Source: Atractiella rhizophila (lineage: Eukaryota). Taken from it: 53,512 nt of DNA. The stretch is taken from NCBI GenBank assembly GCA_021432655.1, contig MU271389.1, positions 12,075 through 65,586 on the forward strand. Direction: 5' to 3'. The notes under the pieces were generated by a model. It worked only from the letters and a program-made list of their open reading frames with translations. It had not been told where the DNA came from and did not search any database. This document shows, piece by piece, positions 34,696-48,428 of the stretch. The position numbers were made by a program, and so were the translations under genes. The stretch's first letter is position 1. Each line of letters begins with the position of its first letter.

Positions 34696-36069
34696 CGAAA
34701 TACAAATAGAGCGGTTATCTCCTTATATCTGCCTAGGAACATCGCGAGGAAGTTGAGCAGACGTAAAGAGAGTCATTAGACTCGGAAACATATCATATTT
34801 AGTGTGAGAGAGAAGGTGTGATGGCTTTTATTTCATTTACAGGAGGGATGGTGACGCGTACTTTCGAGATGAGAGCGGGACCTAAGCCTTCTGCCGTGTT
34901 TAGTTGGCTTGTGCATAGCTATATCGTCCCGAAAAGGGCGAAATTGGATTAGTGATAAAAGTTACATAGGCCCATTCACATCGTATGCTGCCAATTTTGC
35001 CTTTGCTCCTTTTCAGAGAGCAGCCCTGCATCATACTAGCATCAGCCAATCTCGTTCTACATGCTATATGTGAAACGGCGGTTACAAGGATGTCATTCTT
35101 AACGGTCGTTGATGGGTTTATGGCATCCCTCTGTTCAAATCTGAGGTGGCCCACAAGTTGAAACTGCATCCCAACTTACAATGGAACCTTTTCTTTTATG
35201 GAGAAGCGGTTGTTAGACAATACGAACCATCAGAAGGTCCTGCAAGCTCGGTACTCAGTCTCAGCAATAGAACTGTTTGCAGTTTGAGTCGGGCTCCTAG
35301 ATAGAGCTACAAGTTGAACCATTGGCTACATCATTGGCATTGATGAGTTTCGCACAAATTGACGAATGTTTTCTTCTTTGATTTACACTCTCAATGGAGA
35401 CGGTGAGGATCTTGACAGCTGCTCTAGACGCAACTTCTAGAGGTAGGATAGTATCATATAAAGGGAAAGTATTGCAAAGCGAGAGTGAGAGTGGTTTGGA
35501 ATAGTCAACTCGATGTTATTTTCCCTCGACAGAGACCGGAAGGACTTATACCTCCATACCTCCATACTTCTTTATGTTTTAATGAATAATCTCCAAGGGA
35601 TACTGAGTCCATTGACAATGGTACATGTGATAGAGGTTAAACTCACATTCAAGTTCGGAATGTCACGTATGGGATGTGGAAAAGGGACTGGGCTTGCGCG
35701 GTTGTGTTGATGAGGAAGGCGGAAGAAAAGACGCTGTATGTTTGTTTGGGAAGAGTCTTCAATGACTTTCTTGGTCCTTCATTGAGGTTGCCTCGAAGAA
35801 GTTTGATGGAAGGGAACATCAAACAGCCAAGCAGACTCCTCAGTGGACTTGGAAGTCGGAGTGCGACGAGTGCGACACTCCTGTATTGTTCAAACTTCAG
35901 GGGCAATAAAAAGTATCAAACTCTGTCGGACTGTTAGTAGGCAATCATCGTTACCTCCAGCTCATGTACTGCGTACTTCATCATTCAACATTGTTCTTGA
36001 TTACGATGCCACAAGACAATGCGTCAGCATCGGTTGTCACTGCTTCTTCTCCTCGAATGACTTTAGGCA

Positions 36070-36755
36070 GCAGATCATCGAGATCATAGAAGGTTGTTTG
36101 AAAGCACATCAAAAGAAGCAGGAACAATGTGCCGTCTGATGCGAAAATTAGAGCGCTAGAAACTATCTGTCATCGCAATCAAGTTCCTCCAGAGAAGGTG
36201 TGGACCGAGAACAGCGACGACGGACACTTCAGATTACTCACAAAATCAGATCTGGGGACGGTGAGGAGAGCTCCTGCCAACATTGATACCCAAGTAACTC
36301 TCCCATCGCTGCACCTTGCTGGAGGCACGGAGAGCGGAGTTTCTCTGGACCGCCCTGCCATCCTGCTACCCCTGCTTGAGAATCAATCCTTTCAGTAACT
36401 AACAATCGCACTCCACGATCGCACAAATACTTGATTTCGACTTACTACTCAATTGCATCTTCCCATTTAGCTCGAATGGCTCCGCCAAAGGGGCAACCTA
36501 ATCGAACATCGCTGGATCGCGATTCACCAACGGTGCGCTGGTCATCTTCACCAAATGGAGATTTGGGCAGGATACGTAGAAAGTGACTGCATGTTGCCTT
36601 GAGAGAGTTATACCGAAGTTTAATCAGTTACCTCTACAGATGTGTCGAAACCGATGTTATAACTCTCAGTCAGGTTCTTTCAGCTGACATGGCAAAGTAG
36701 CGAGTACGGTTTGGAGGCCGGAAAGAATAAACATCTAATTAGGCGACTCAGGAAG
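36070..36755 (+). pseudogene. Gene B copy 3, heavily degenerate
   Basis: HRNQVPPEKVWTENSDDG, GTGAGG donor, TTCACCAACGGTGCGCTGGTCATCTTCACCAAATGGAGATTTGGGCAG, GAGGCCGGAAAGAATAAACATCT; multiple indels and stops. Confidence 0.85.
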
Positions 36756-36854
36756 AAAGTGTGCTCAGAACACGCTAGATTAGTCACGTGCCCACCTGTT
36801 GTGAGGGTTTTGAGCCTTCTAACCAATAACTGAATAGTACACCAACCACAAAAA

Positions 36855-37498
36855 ATGACCGTCCCTCTTCAAGTCGCTCGCCGCCTTCCCACCGCTTTAC
36901 GAAGTCGCCCTTATTCGACTCAGCCTTCCGTCTCTGAATTGAGCTCGAAGGCCCAAGCAAAAGCGTCCGAATACTCTTCCAAGGCCACCGAGGCGTTAAA
37001 GAATGCTCAACTAGGCTCGCGGGCACAAGAGGCATGGAATAAGAGCTCCCAGTACCTTGAAGGAGCCGGAAAGTTCGTTGGGAGCCTCGATGGTCGTATC
37101 TCGAAGCTTACCGGTGGTATGTTTCTCACACTTTGGAGGTTGTGACGGGATGAATGAGCATGTTTGGGAAGGTACCTCCCTCGTCTACAACTTTCAAGTC
37201 TTCCGCGAAATCCTTCGACAGGTTTATATCGCTGAGGCTCTCAGCCCTCCCAGGTCGCTTCAGGCTTTCCGAGATGGATGGGGAACAATCTATGGAAACG
37301 CCAGCAGCTTGAAGTGGTGGAAGAGTGCGGTTGAATCCGGAGAGTGGAAGCGGGTCGGCATCTATGCTATTGAAGCCTATGGGATCTTTCACATTGGTCA
37401 AATGATTGGCAGAAGGCATATTGTCGGTGTGAGTGTTTCTTCAAGGCCTTACACAGATAAATCGTTGACGAGAGAATCTTCAGTACAAGCTGAACTGA
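36855..37498 (+). CDS. ATP20: Mitochondrial ATP synthase subunit g
   Basis: YNFQVFREILRQVYIAEALSPP...EAYGIFHIGQMIGRRHIVGYKLN* (GxxxG motif and C-terminal GY); 2 introns. Confidence 0.93.
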
Positions 37499-37736
37499 GT
37501 GTTCAAAACGGTCTACTTCGACTGACTACTGGCAACTAATACTGTCACTCCTTCCCTGTTTTCCTATCAAGTATCTATAGAGCATGGAATACTTCATGTA
37601 GGATTGACGGCATATCTCGGCTATCACAGCACAATTCTGACACAACAGAAACCACAAAATGAACCAATTAAGCTTGACAAGAAAACTACTCCAAAAAACA
37701 ATCCGAAGGATTCAAGAAATAGTACACAGAATTTCA

Positions 37737-40411
37737 TCATCGTCTTCCAGAAAACAAGTTCGATCCACCGACACTTCCCCAACCCAATGTACTCGAACCA
37801 GCGCCTGGCGTTTTCCCTCTCGGTCGATCGACCTTGACTGGACTAAGTATCGAAGGAATACCCAACGCGCCGCCAGTCTGTATCGCAAATCTGCAATGAG
37901 TAACCGATAGTGCAATAAGAAATATGAAACGTACGTCTTTTGAAGCGCTCCACAGGAAGTTGTTCGTCTTTCCTCCTAAAAGACGCATCTTCTTTCTCCC
38001 TGGCTCTTTCTTCCCCTCCGCTTCTTCCGCTTCGTCTACCATCTCACGCCGTTCTTTGCTCTTCTTAGGAGCTTGGACGGTTTCTTCCCCTTCTTCCTCC
38101 TCTTGCACAATCGACAGGTCCACAGTCTTGGATTTCGACGGTGGCTTGCTCGCAGCCCGCTTAGATCGCCCTGTCTTGCTCGTGACGGAGGTAGCTGACT
38201 CATCGTCTGAAGCGCGAGAGCGTTTCGTTTTAGCGGCATTTTTCGCCTTGGCTTTGGGAGCTGGAGCGGCTTCGTCTTCTGACGCATGACGGGACTTGCT
38301 CATACTCTTCTTCGAGCGTGCTGCAGGCTCTTCTGCTTCGGTTTCGGAAGCATCGGAAACAGGTCGAGACTTGGACTTGGACTTCTTGACCTTTTTCCCC
38401 AAAGGTTCCTCCTCTTCAACCTCCTCAAATGTGGACCGAGACTTTGTCTTCTTGCGGTTCCCTCGTGGCGCAGGCTCTTCCTCTTCTGTGTCCAAGGCGG
38501 TAGCAGGCTTCTTTTGCCTCCTGTTTGAAGAAGGGGATTCTGCCATCTCGACATCTTCGTTTTGTCCGTCGTCAGACACAGGATGGGACTTAGACTTTGT
38601 CGCCTTCTCAGGAACAGGCGTTGCTTCCTCCGCCTCTCGCTCGTCCTCCGAAACCGATTTGGAGGTAGATTTACCCTTCGCTTTCCGTTTCGCCTTCTTT
38701 GGAGGAGGGGAGTCGACATCCATCGGATCCTCCTCCTCATTGTGATCCACTTCGATTTCTGGCGGAGGATCGTCTTTGGTGATGGAAGAAGGGATGGAAG
38801 GCGGAAGGATTTGGGCATGATGATTCGCCTGCCGTTGAGCCTTTATCTGGCTCTTCAATATCGAGATCTGGCTCCTCGCTGCTCTCAGATCCACTTGGAC
38901 GCTTTCCAACTTGGACCTGATGGCGTCCTGTTCCTTTTTCGCCTCCTTCTTCATCTCCTTCTTCTCGCTCTCCAGGACCACCTTCTCCTCTTCCCACTCC
39001 TCCTTCTCTCCTTCCAATCTCTGCTTCTCTTCCTCCACCTCAGCGAGGGCAGCTTCACGCTCCTTCTTAAGCTTCGTTCGTTCCTTCTCCCACCCCTTCC
39101 TCTCCTTCTCCATAGCTTTCTCAGCTCGCTCCTGTTCTTCCCGTCGCACTTCTTCAAGTCGTCTATCCACCGCTTTTCCGGCGTAAGAATGGTCGCGGGC
39201 TTGGGTTTGAAGAGTGGCTATTTGCGATTCGAGGTCGTCATGGGATTGCTGCAATGCATCGTGCTGAGCTTTGAGGTTGTTAAGATGCTCGAGGTACGCG
39301 TTGGCGACCGTCTTGTGTTCGAGAGCTTGAGAAATTGACAACTCGTTCTGACTCTCTAGGTCATCGATTTGGGCTTCGAGCTCTTCCACGTGGGCCTAAT
39401 CAGTCCGCACAGAGCCATCATCAACTATTCCATCCGTATTTTATCTTGAAGAGAACGGGGAAGACGGACCTGCAACACCTCCAGACTATCCGCATTTCGC
39501 TCGCTACTCAACTCCGTCATCCTCCTCTCCTCATCCTTCATCCTGACCTCCCTCTCAAGCGCAGCAACCTCCATTTCCCAGTCCTCTTCCACCCCCTTCT
39601 CTTCCGCCTTCCTGGAGTTGAACTCCGCCAATATCCTCCTGCCGTACATCTTTGAAGACATAAGCCTGAGCTCGAGTCCCGCGATCTGAGTCTGCTGTCT
39701 CATGGACTGGCAATATAGCTCACGAAAGGCACGCATTAGCGCCTGCACTTGAGGTATGGCGGTGATGTCCCGATTGTCGACCTTAAGCGAATGTTGCGGC
39801 GTTCGTTTGGTTTGAGAAAGGACGGTAGGGGATTGTTTGACGCCTGGCTTCGCTGCAGGGGTTGTGGAGGCATAAGAAGAGACTCCAATGAGATTCTGCA
39901 GCCGTTTATTCTCCTCCCGAACTCGCTCAACCTCTTCAGTTCCCTTCTTCTGCTCCTCCCTCGCTGCCCATACCTGATCCTCCATGCTCCTGAGTCGCTT
40001 TTTCAACTCTTCAAGCTCTCCTTCTCCACCGACAGCGTGTCCCAGATTCTCCTTGTCAAAAGAAAATGATACCTCTTTTCTTCCCCCAAATCCTCCTCCA
40101 CTTCCACCTACAGTTCCAGCAACAGATCGCAAATTAACTCCCCATCGTGACGCAGCGCTCCCAACCGTCCCCAGACCTCCAATTCCAAGTCCAGCGGTAG
40201 GAGTGCTCATGGAATGCCTGAGCCTCTTGCTGGGGCCAACACTGGGTCCACCAAGAGCAATCCGGTCCTCATCGAACTCCAGAGGAGTTGGACGTTTGCG
40301 AGTGTTCTGCGAACTAAAGAAGGATACTGATGATTTGGAGGCTGGAAGTGGCGAAGGAATAGGGATTCGAGATGTTGGGAGCGGGCGAGAGACTGAGGAT
40401 GGGGCTGACAT
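37737..40411 (-). CDS. Long coiled-coil protein with Lys/Glu-rich disordered C-terminal half (function unknown)
   Basis: ORFs 39425-40447 and 37737-39389 joined by introns; E/K/R heptads; C-terminal GIPSILSPVK. Confidence 0.75.
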
Positions 40412-40696
40412 GTTGATCGTTTCGATTCGTCCAAGAAAATAATCCAAAATGAAAATATCAACGATCCAAGAGTATCAAACGCGTCTCCAGCTGTTTCCTG
40501 AGCCCACAAAGCGTAGAAGAGCACCCGTAGCAAAGGAGCTGAGGAAACAAGGCGCGGGAAGGTGGTTGTTTTGTCACGTGTTGACCCACTATGGTTCAAT
40601 CAGTTAAAAACAAAGGGAGATTAACATCAATCTCGACTCGATCCCATCGAGAGAGCTCTTTTTTTTATTTTTCTTTACTCCCGCTGAATAACGAAC

Positions 40697-42226
40697 ATGA
40701 GCTCTGAAGAAGCAGCAGCAACGACTACTCCAGCGGCGGAAGCGCCAGGTGGATTAACTGCCGTACGTCGTTCCTTTTCCCAAATGAGTCGTCTGATCCC
40801 ATCTATTCTTGCTCAACAGGATGTTCTCACGAAATACAAGACTGCAGCTGGTATGTTTTCTCCAATTTCCTCTTGACGCGTATTGATCTAAGGTTGTGGC
40901 GTGTAAGATATCGCGCAGAAAGCTCTCAAAGCCGTCATCGCTGCTGTCAAAGTCGGGGGTTCGATTTTGGACGCTGCAACTCTTGGTGATAAGTTGATAG
41001 AGGAGGAGACTGGGAAGGTGTACAACAAAGGAGGAGCGACAAAAGTCTCCAAAGGTGCGTTCACTGCTCCGTATCGATGTATCTTTTAGTTTATTTCGAC
41101 GGAGATCGACTGAGTGGGCTGTTGATGAAGGCATCTCATTCCCCACCTCCATCGCAATTAACAACATTGTAAACAATTTTTCGCCCTTGCCGACGTCCGA
41201 AGGTCCCTCCACTTTCTCTGCAGGAGACGTGATCAAGATCATGCTCGGAGCTCACATCGACGGCTATGCCTCCATCAGCGCGGAGACGATCGTCCTCAAC
41301 TCCGACCCCTGGAGCGCCTCTAACCCCTTAACAGGCGTAAAAGCCGACCTTCTCCTCGCTGCCTACCAGGCTTCAGAGGCCGTTCTCAGGACGGTGAAAC
41401 CGGGATTGAAGAATTGGGAATTGACCGACGTGGTGGGAAAGGTATTGAAGGAATATGGGGAGGAGGAAGGGAAGGGAAGTGCTTTGAAAGCGGTGGAGGG
41501 CCAGGTGTCTTATCAGGTCTGTCCTTCTCCCCTTTCCGTCTTCTTGCGATCCGAGCTGCAGTATAAGACTTACGATTTATTTCTATGTGACAGCATGAAA
41601 AGGATACCCTCGATGGCAAGAAGCGGATCTGGTTTGCCCCTACAACCGAGCAGCGCGTAGACAAGGAGTGTCAATTCACTCTGGAGGAAGGCGAAGTCTT
41701 TGGGTTGGATATCATTGTCACCAACTCAACTGACAAGGTAGGGTTCTCATCAGCCCGATATTAACAACGAGAGATCTGATGGTCAACCGATGAAAAGGCA
41801 AAGACCGATGCCTCACGGACGACGATCTATTCCAAGACGACTTCCACCTACTCGCTCAAGATGAAGACCTCGCGTTCAACATTTTCCGAAATCTCCAAGA
41901 AAGCCGGTCCCTTCCCCTTCACCCTCCGTTCTCTCGAAGACGAAAAGAAGGCACGAATGGGCGTCCAAGAATGTGTCCAACACGGCCTCCTCCGTCCCTT
42001 CGAAGTGTCCACCACGGCCAAACCGAACGAACTCGCGGCTCAAATCTTCTTGACGTTTGCAGTCGGAAAGAATGGAGCGATCAGGATCACACATCCACCC
42101 CTTTGGGAGGGCTATACCAGTAGGGAGATATTGAAGCCGGAAAGGGAGGTGAAGGATGAGGGGCTGAAGGAGCTCTTGACCAGAAGCCTGAAGCCGGGAA
42201 AGAAGAAGGCAGCGAAGAAGGATTGA
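40697..42226 (+). CDS. PA2G4: PA2G4/EBP1/Cdb4 (peptidase M24-like, Arx1-related) protein
   Basis: DVLTKYKTAA, LGDKLIEEETGKVY, GISFPTSIAINN, DVIKIMLGAHIDGY, YSLKMKTSR, FPFTLRSLEDEKKARMGVQEC. Confidence 0.92.
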
Positions 42227-42481
42227 TTTATGCGGAAGGATGTGGAAGGCTGAATATGACTCCAGATGTTGTACTCGACAAAATTGTGATGTCAAAGAAT
42301 GAACAAAGATAACTGTTGGAATGCTCAATATCTCTCTACATTAACACATATATTCCAACGCCTCCCTAACAAGCACTACAGCCTTCCCAAATTGGACTAA
42401 GATGATGACAAAAAGGAGTCCATGTATTCCTACAATTTTACTGTTCTAGTGTAATCACATTTCTTTTTCCTCTCTTCCCTA

Positions 42482-43801
42482 TCACAATTTACTTTCCTCC
42501 CCATTTCCGACATTTCCAAAGAAATGCTCATAAGCCCCACCAATCTCTTCCAACAGATCAGTGGTGAGCATCGCCCTCTTCTTCTTCTCAAAAGCCTTCC
42601 TCGAGCAGTATCTCGTTATCGAGCTCGCCGCCCAAGCCGCGATCAAAGGGACGCGTTCTTCTTGGATCCTTTCTTCGTCTCCTTTGCTGTACACACATTG
42701 TAACAAGGTCAGACCGGGGTATCTGAGAATGATGCAGGAATGAAAGGTGGGAGGGTACGAACGCCGACAGTCCGTCGTCCAAATAGCCCTTTCCCCATGC
42801 AAGGAAAGTGCCCACTGTGCCAGAGAGAACGTCTCCCTGCCCACCGCATCGCTTGAGTCCACCACCCTCTTCGCCTTTTATCACCTCCTCCCCATTCGTG
42901 ATTACGTCCTCTCTGCCCTTTTGGAGGATAGTGACTCCACCCAGCGCTTTCGATAACGCCCGAGCGGCATCTTCGCCCTCTTTCTTTTGGTCCACTCCCT
43001 GTCCTCGCCCCAACCAGTCAGAAACTGAATCAAGTGCAGAGGGGCAGAGACGGACCAAGGCTTCACACAACCTGCCGAACTCAGCCACATTTGGGGTCAA
43101 TATTGCCCTTTTGTATCCCTTGACGACTTCTGGTTCCTTGCCTACAAGCCACAAGGAATCGGCGTCGAGTACGACGAAGGCATTGTTCTCCCGACAGAGG
43201 GCTAGGGCGACCTTAGCAGACAGTTGCATGTACGGATCCCTCCCCAGCCCCGGTCCAACCACGAGGACGTGAAGACGCGGCAGGAGGTTGGTTAGATGGT
43301 CTTTGATATTGGCTTCTGAGGACGAAGGCTCAAGAACTGGGTGGACGATCAGGTCCGGTGAGAAGGTCTTGATCACCGCTCCTGCTGAGGGATCGCATAT
43401 TACGTGACCCAAATCTGCACCCTGTATTCACATCTTTCATCAGCGAGAGAGGAATGTAACTTTTAGCAAAAAAAAACTGTACGGACCAGTTTCATTGCTG
43501 AATAGCAGGCATAGTACGGTGCGCCGGTGTAGCTTGAAATACTCGTTAAGCCATTTTCGATCATGAGAAAGAGTCGATTTACTCTTTTGACCCTCCTAAT
43601 ATTCCCACCCTTCCTGGTTGTCGCATCGGATAGAAGATTTAAATATGTGCAGTGAATAGAGCAGAGAGACTGACCTGCTTGCCCTTTGTGGAGTTTCGAT
43701 GAGAGTGGAGGGACAAGGCGAGTAGCTTGTGCGAGTAGCTAGAGTTGTATTTAGTCAGCCTGAGCACGCTACTGAGATCTAAAGTATGCATCACGGAACA
43801 T
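42482..43801 (-). CDS. NAXD: ATP-dependent (S)-NAD(P)H-hydrate dehydratase (YjeF-C/carbohydrate kinase family)
   Basis: [70 protein letters not shown]; start codon tentative. Confidence 0.93.
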
Positions 43802-44805
43802 GCAGACAGGCGAAAAATGAGGGAGTGAGAAACCACGAGAAAGGTAGGAAACAGGTGCAGATATATATCGGGACGAAGGGGGACGGACTTGTTTGTTTGA
43901 TGACATTTTGCAACGCTGTAACTTTAAGCCAACACTTGGATTATTTGCTAATGAATCGCTGAGCAGGGCTATGCTGGACGTATCTGGATGGATGAGAGGG
44001 ACATCTTCATCTTACGTCAAGCAGGAAAGACTTCTTGTCAACTTTCCTCATCAACGGCATCAACTCAATAAATCTTCCCTTGCGTACAAATTTACAGTAG
44101 ATCAGGTAATTGAAAGGACTGGGAAGTGTCGCAGGAAGTGTCAGTGTACCTGAGATCTCTAGGCCGTCACAGGAGTAAGTCGGTTTAACTTCCTCGCCAT
44201 TTTGCCTCCAGGCGATTTCTTCATATTCCAATACCTGTGATTTTGGATGTCCACTCCGCTCCTTTAATTCTATAAGTACTGCTCGCTTTACTCTTTTTAG
44301 AGAGGCACATAGGCAACTTTTGTGTCCTGTTTTGTGCCTGCGATTCTGTGCCTCGTCAAAAGTCACGTGATCTATCGCCTTTATAGACTTTGTTTGAGGA
44401 GAGCTTGACTCCGTCTTATTAATATTTTTGTCACCTGGAGTCTGTAGAGATGTTGTGATGGGGTGGATCGGTTCGTTTTATGTCACTTCTTTGATTGTAC
44501 GAGCGCATCTACCTCTTCATAACTGTCCGACTTGAACTTGAGAGGGACAGTGTGTAAAGCTTTGAATAACCAACCCAAATTTGCCACAAAGGATTGAGGT
44601 TGAATTTTGAATTCGGATCTCAAAAGGACTATGACAATGTACTGTTGCATTGCGTATAGGTGCTCCATTCAAAGCATGGCAAGGATACTGCGTCGAAAAT
44701 GAAACTCTGGGTTCTGCTTGTGACTGCATCATGTACAAATTGTGGTTGATAGGATTAAAATTGCTAATAAAACTCATTAGCAGGAACAACAGTAGTCGAT
44801 ATCCT

Positions 44806-45756
44806 ATGGATAAATTACCTGCCGAAGTAAACTTCATTTTGTTTCCTTTTTCCTAACATGAACTCGAATGCCAGCTTGTATACCTAATACACCTCTATTC
44901 TCTGTCTGCTTCTCTCCCTTACGTCTCAAAGTACCTTCGAACACTATTCACGATCCCTCGCCTCACGAAAACACACCAATGCCTATTCCTCATCTACTCC
45001 CATCCCCATCCTGCCTCCCTCCTCTACCATGCCGTCAAATATCCCATGCTCACCCTCGAACTCATTCATCACCTCGAGCACACCTACTCTCGTCGCTGGG
45101 ATTCTTTACGCACCCATCTCCCCGAACTTCGATCGTACAAGACAAATCCAGCCCCTCCAAAGCTGGAATGCGGTCGACTCCCCAAACGTCTCTTCTCCTC
45201 TTCTTCTGGTTGCCTCGACTTTCCCCTCGTGCGATATCTCCTCGAAGAGAAAGGCGCAAACCCAAACTCCCATGGAGGACATGCGCTCCATCAATGCATT
45301 TTGGGACGTGATATGGAAGGTATTCAAATGATGATCGACAGTGGTGCGGACCCAGGATTGAAAGGAGGCAGAAGCGTGGTTCTTGCTCTTGGCCGAGGAT
45401 TAGGAGTGGATGTCGTACGATTCTTGGTTGAGGGATCCTCCTCCTCGCCTGCTCTAGAGGGTGAGGACGGTGGTGAGGATGTGGAAGAGAGGGTGGAAGG
45501 AAAGAAGAAAAGGCGGAAGAGCGCGGAAGGGGGAAGGAAGAGAAAGAGAAGGAGAGTTGAGGACAGGGTGAAAATCGATAGTGGAATGATGGATGTTGCG
45601 ATTAAGGTCGGAGATTGGGACGTCGTCAAGTATTTCCAGGAAAAAGGTTAGGGTGTTGTTTCTCTTCCTTCGTTCACTTATCGAAATATGTGCTAACGGC
45701 ATCGTTTAGGGATTGCGCCATCTTTGGAAGCTGTGAAACGACTTCAATTCACTTAA
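44806..45756 (+). CDS. Ankyrin-repeat protein with F-box-like N-terminus
   Basis: MDKLPAE|LVYLIHLYSLSASLPYVSKYL; LVRYLLEEKGANPN, MMIDSGADP, VDVVRFLVE, WDVVKYFQEKG; basic RKRKRRR NLS-like stretch. Confidence 0.75.
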
Positions 45757-46107
45757 GTGTGACAACCATGTACTCAGTAAGCCATGATTATTCTGCAATT
45801 CCTATTCCAGGCCGACATTGCTAAGTTCCAGTCGGCCAACTAACCTATTACCTTCAACAATCACCGAAGGCAGTAGAGGTTTATGTTCCATATAGATTCT
45901 GTCGTCCAATGACAGTCTAAATATTATCGTGATTCTGCTTGCAAATGGGGAGCCGGGAAAAAGACATTCCGTATGCGCCAATGCGTCGCTGATGGACAAT
46001 GTACCGTGTCTTAAGTCATTGATAGCACCAGTTATAGATGATGAATCGACAATGACCATTTCACGTCAAGTTCCTACTTCATTCAATTCCATTTCAGACA
46101 CGAAGGC

Positions 46108-48020
46108 TTAGTATTCGACTTCTCCCTCTTCCTCCGCGTTCTCCATCGCGACTTCTTCATAATCTACGGGAGCAATCAGCATGATGTTTAAAACAAAGCG
46201 ACGGATTGACCTTTCTCCAGAGCAGCCAAGTCTTCCCTAGCCTCAGAAAACTCTCCTTCCTCCATTCCCTCACCCACATACCAATGGACAAAAGCCCTCT
46301 TGGAGTAGAGCAGGTCGAACTTGTTATCCAACCTACTCCAAGCAGCGGCGATCGCGGTCGTATTGGACAACATGCAGAGCGACCTGCTGACAGGAGCAAG
46401 ATCTCCATCGGGAACGACGGCAGGCTTCTCAGAGCAGATACCCAACTATCACTGTCATCAGCCTAACGTTCTACGCTTTGCTAAAACGGGAAACTGACCT
46501 TGAATCCAGTAGGGCACCAATCGACAAACTGGATAGTCCTCTTGGTCCTAATGGAAGCGACAGCGCTGTTCGCGTCCTTTGGAACTACATCTCCCCTGAA
46601 GAGGAGAGCACAAGCCATATATTTGCCTTGCCTTGGGTCGCACTTCACCATCTGGTTGTTGGGCTCGAAACAGGCGTAGGTCATCTCAGCGACGCTGTTC
46701 TGCTCATGTTGAGCCTTGTCGCGGCTGATGATCGGGGCGTAGGTGACCAAGGGGAAGTGAATGCGCGGGAAGGGAACCAAGTTGGTTTGGAATTCGTTGA
46801 GGTCGACGTTGAGAGCACCCTCGAATCGAAGCGACGCGGTGATGCTGGAGACAACCTGTTGTAGATGTTTCTAGTAAGCAGATTTTTCGACCAGTGGTAG
46901 GATGTCGGCACACCTGAGCGATGAGTCTGTTCAAGTTGACGTATCCGGGGCTAGCGATGGCCAAATTTTTCCTGCAGATGTCGTAAATGGCCTCGTTGTC
47001 GACCATGAAAGAGCAGTCGACGTGTTCGAGAGTCGTGTGCGTGGTCAATACAGAGTTGTAAGGCTCCACAACGGAGTTCGACATTTTCGGCGCGGGGTAG
47101 ATGCTATTGACATGAGTCGGCTGGGAGTAATAGCGTGCATCGAAAGAATAACGCACGCAAACTCAAGCTTGCTTTTCTTACCATAGTCTGCGGATAACCT
47201 CTCCAACAGAAGAGCACCAAACCCAGATCCTGTTCCTCCACCGAAGGAGTGGAACACAAAGAAGCCCTTTAATTATCAAAAAATCAACTAAACCAGGCCG
47301 TGTATGTAGGAAGACCCTTACCTGGAGACCACTGCAGGCATCAGCCAACCTCCTGAGTCTGTCGAGGACAGTATCAATGAGTTCCTTTCCGACCGTGTAG
47401 TGACCACGGGCGTAGTTGTTAGCAGCATCCTCCTTTCCGGTCACGAGGGTTTCGGGATGGAAGAGGGACCTGTATGGTCCAGTCCTGACTTCATCGCTGG
47501 TCACATCGGCATGGAATCAGCAAACATCATAAATAAGACAGGTCACAAGACTCACACGACATTGGGTTCCAGATCGACGTAAACGCTCCTCGGCACAAAT
47601 TTTCCAGCTCCCGTCTCAGAGAAGAATGTGGAGAATCCATCCGTGGAGGCAGACGCGTCCTTCAGCCTTCCGTCAGGGGAGAGACCGTGCTCGAGGGTGT
47701 ACAGTTCCCAGCCTGAAGGTGGCGAGGATGTTCAGAAATCGTGTCTGAATTTAAGAAGAGAAAACACTTACAGGCATTACCAAGCTGGCAACCGGCTTGC
47801 CCAACGTCTAAAAGCTTGAATGAGTACTTATCGGTCATCGTGGCATCGCAACCACTTACGAACACTGCATCCCATTTCAGGTTTGTCAGTTTGTCATACC
47901 AGTAAAAACATTGAAATCATAGGATTCAGCAAGATCCTGGCCTTTTATGACCGATGAACACGTCTCGCTTCGGTGAAGGTTTTTGAAAATTGTGAGAACT
48001 CACGAAATAACTTCTCTCAT
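46108..48020 (-). CDS. TUB1: Alpha-tubulin
   Basis: [67 protein letters not shown]-terminal EEEGEVEY*. Confidence 0.98.
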
Positions 48021-48428
48021 ATTGCGCTGAAGAATTGATTCAGAATCAGTTGATTAGAGATCGAAGTGTTTATGAGGCTCCAGAAGAAGTCCAGTGGCAA
48101 CGATAGAACTTTTCTTGAGCTCAGTCGTGGTTGAAGAGAAAGGAAAGAGAGAATTTCCTTCAGCGCGGGAGGGCGCGCGAGAGCGCTGTCAATGGAAATA
48201 CACTTCTTGTTGTTGGGTTAACTTCCGTGATGTTGTTACTCCTTAAGGAGGTTCGGCTGCTTTGATGTAGTACTAACGTTACAAGGAGACATGTTGAGGT
48301 TGAGAGAGACTCAGTTCTTGGGGATTACAGCTTGAGAGAATGTGATGCATTGCACTTCTTCTCCACTTCCCAACTTTTCAAACAGACACAAAGGACGCAC
48401 CATCATCCAATCCCATCCCACCTCTCCC

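Noticed and set aside
34800..36060. Several short ORFs between PDI1 and gene B copy 3
   Set aside because: No motif, consistent splice structure or similarity to gene A seen
3542..37498. Three mitochondrial OXPHOS genes (CBP6, ATP1, ATP20) in one window as a functional cluster or NUMT
   Set aside because: All are normal intron-containing nuclear genes interspersed with unrelated genes; chance proximity
43900..44800. AT-richer stretch with minus-strand ORFs 44007-44366 and 44483-44668
   Set aside because: Different frames and no recognisable domain; cannot distinguish from intergenic DNA or a decayed relic
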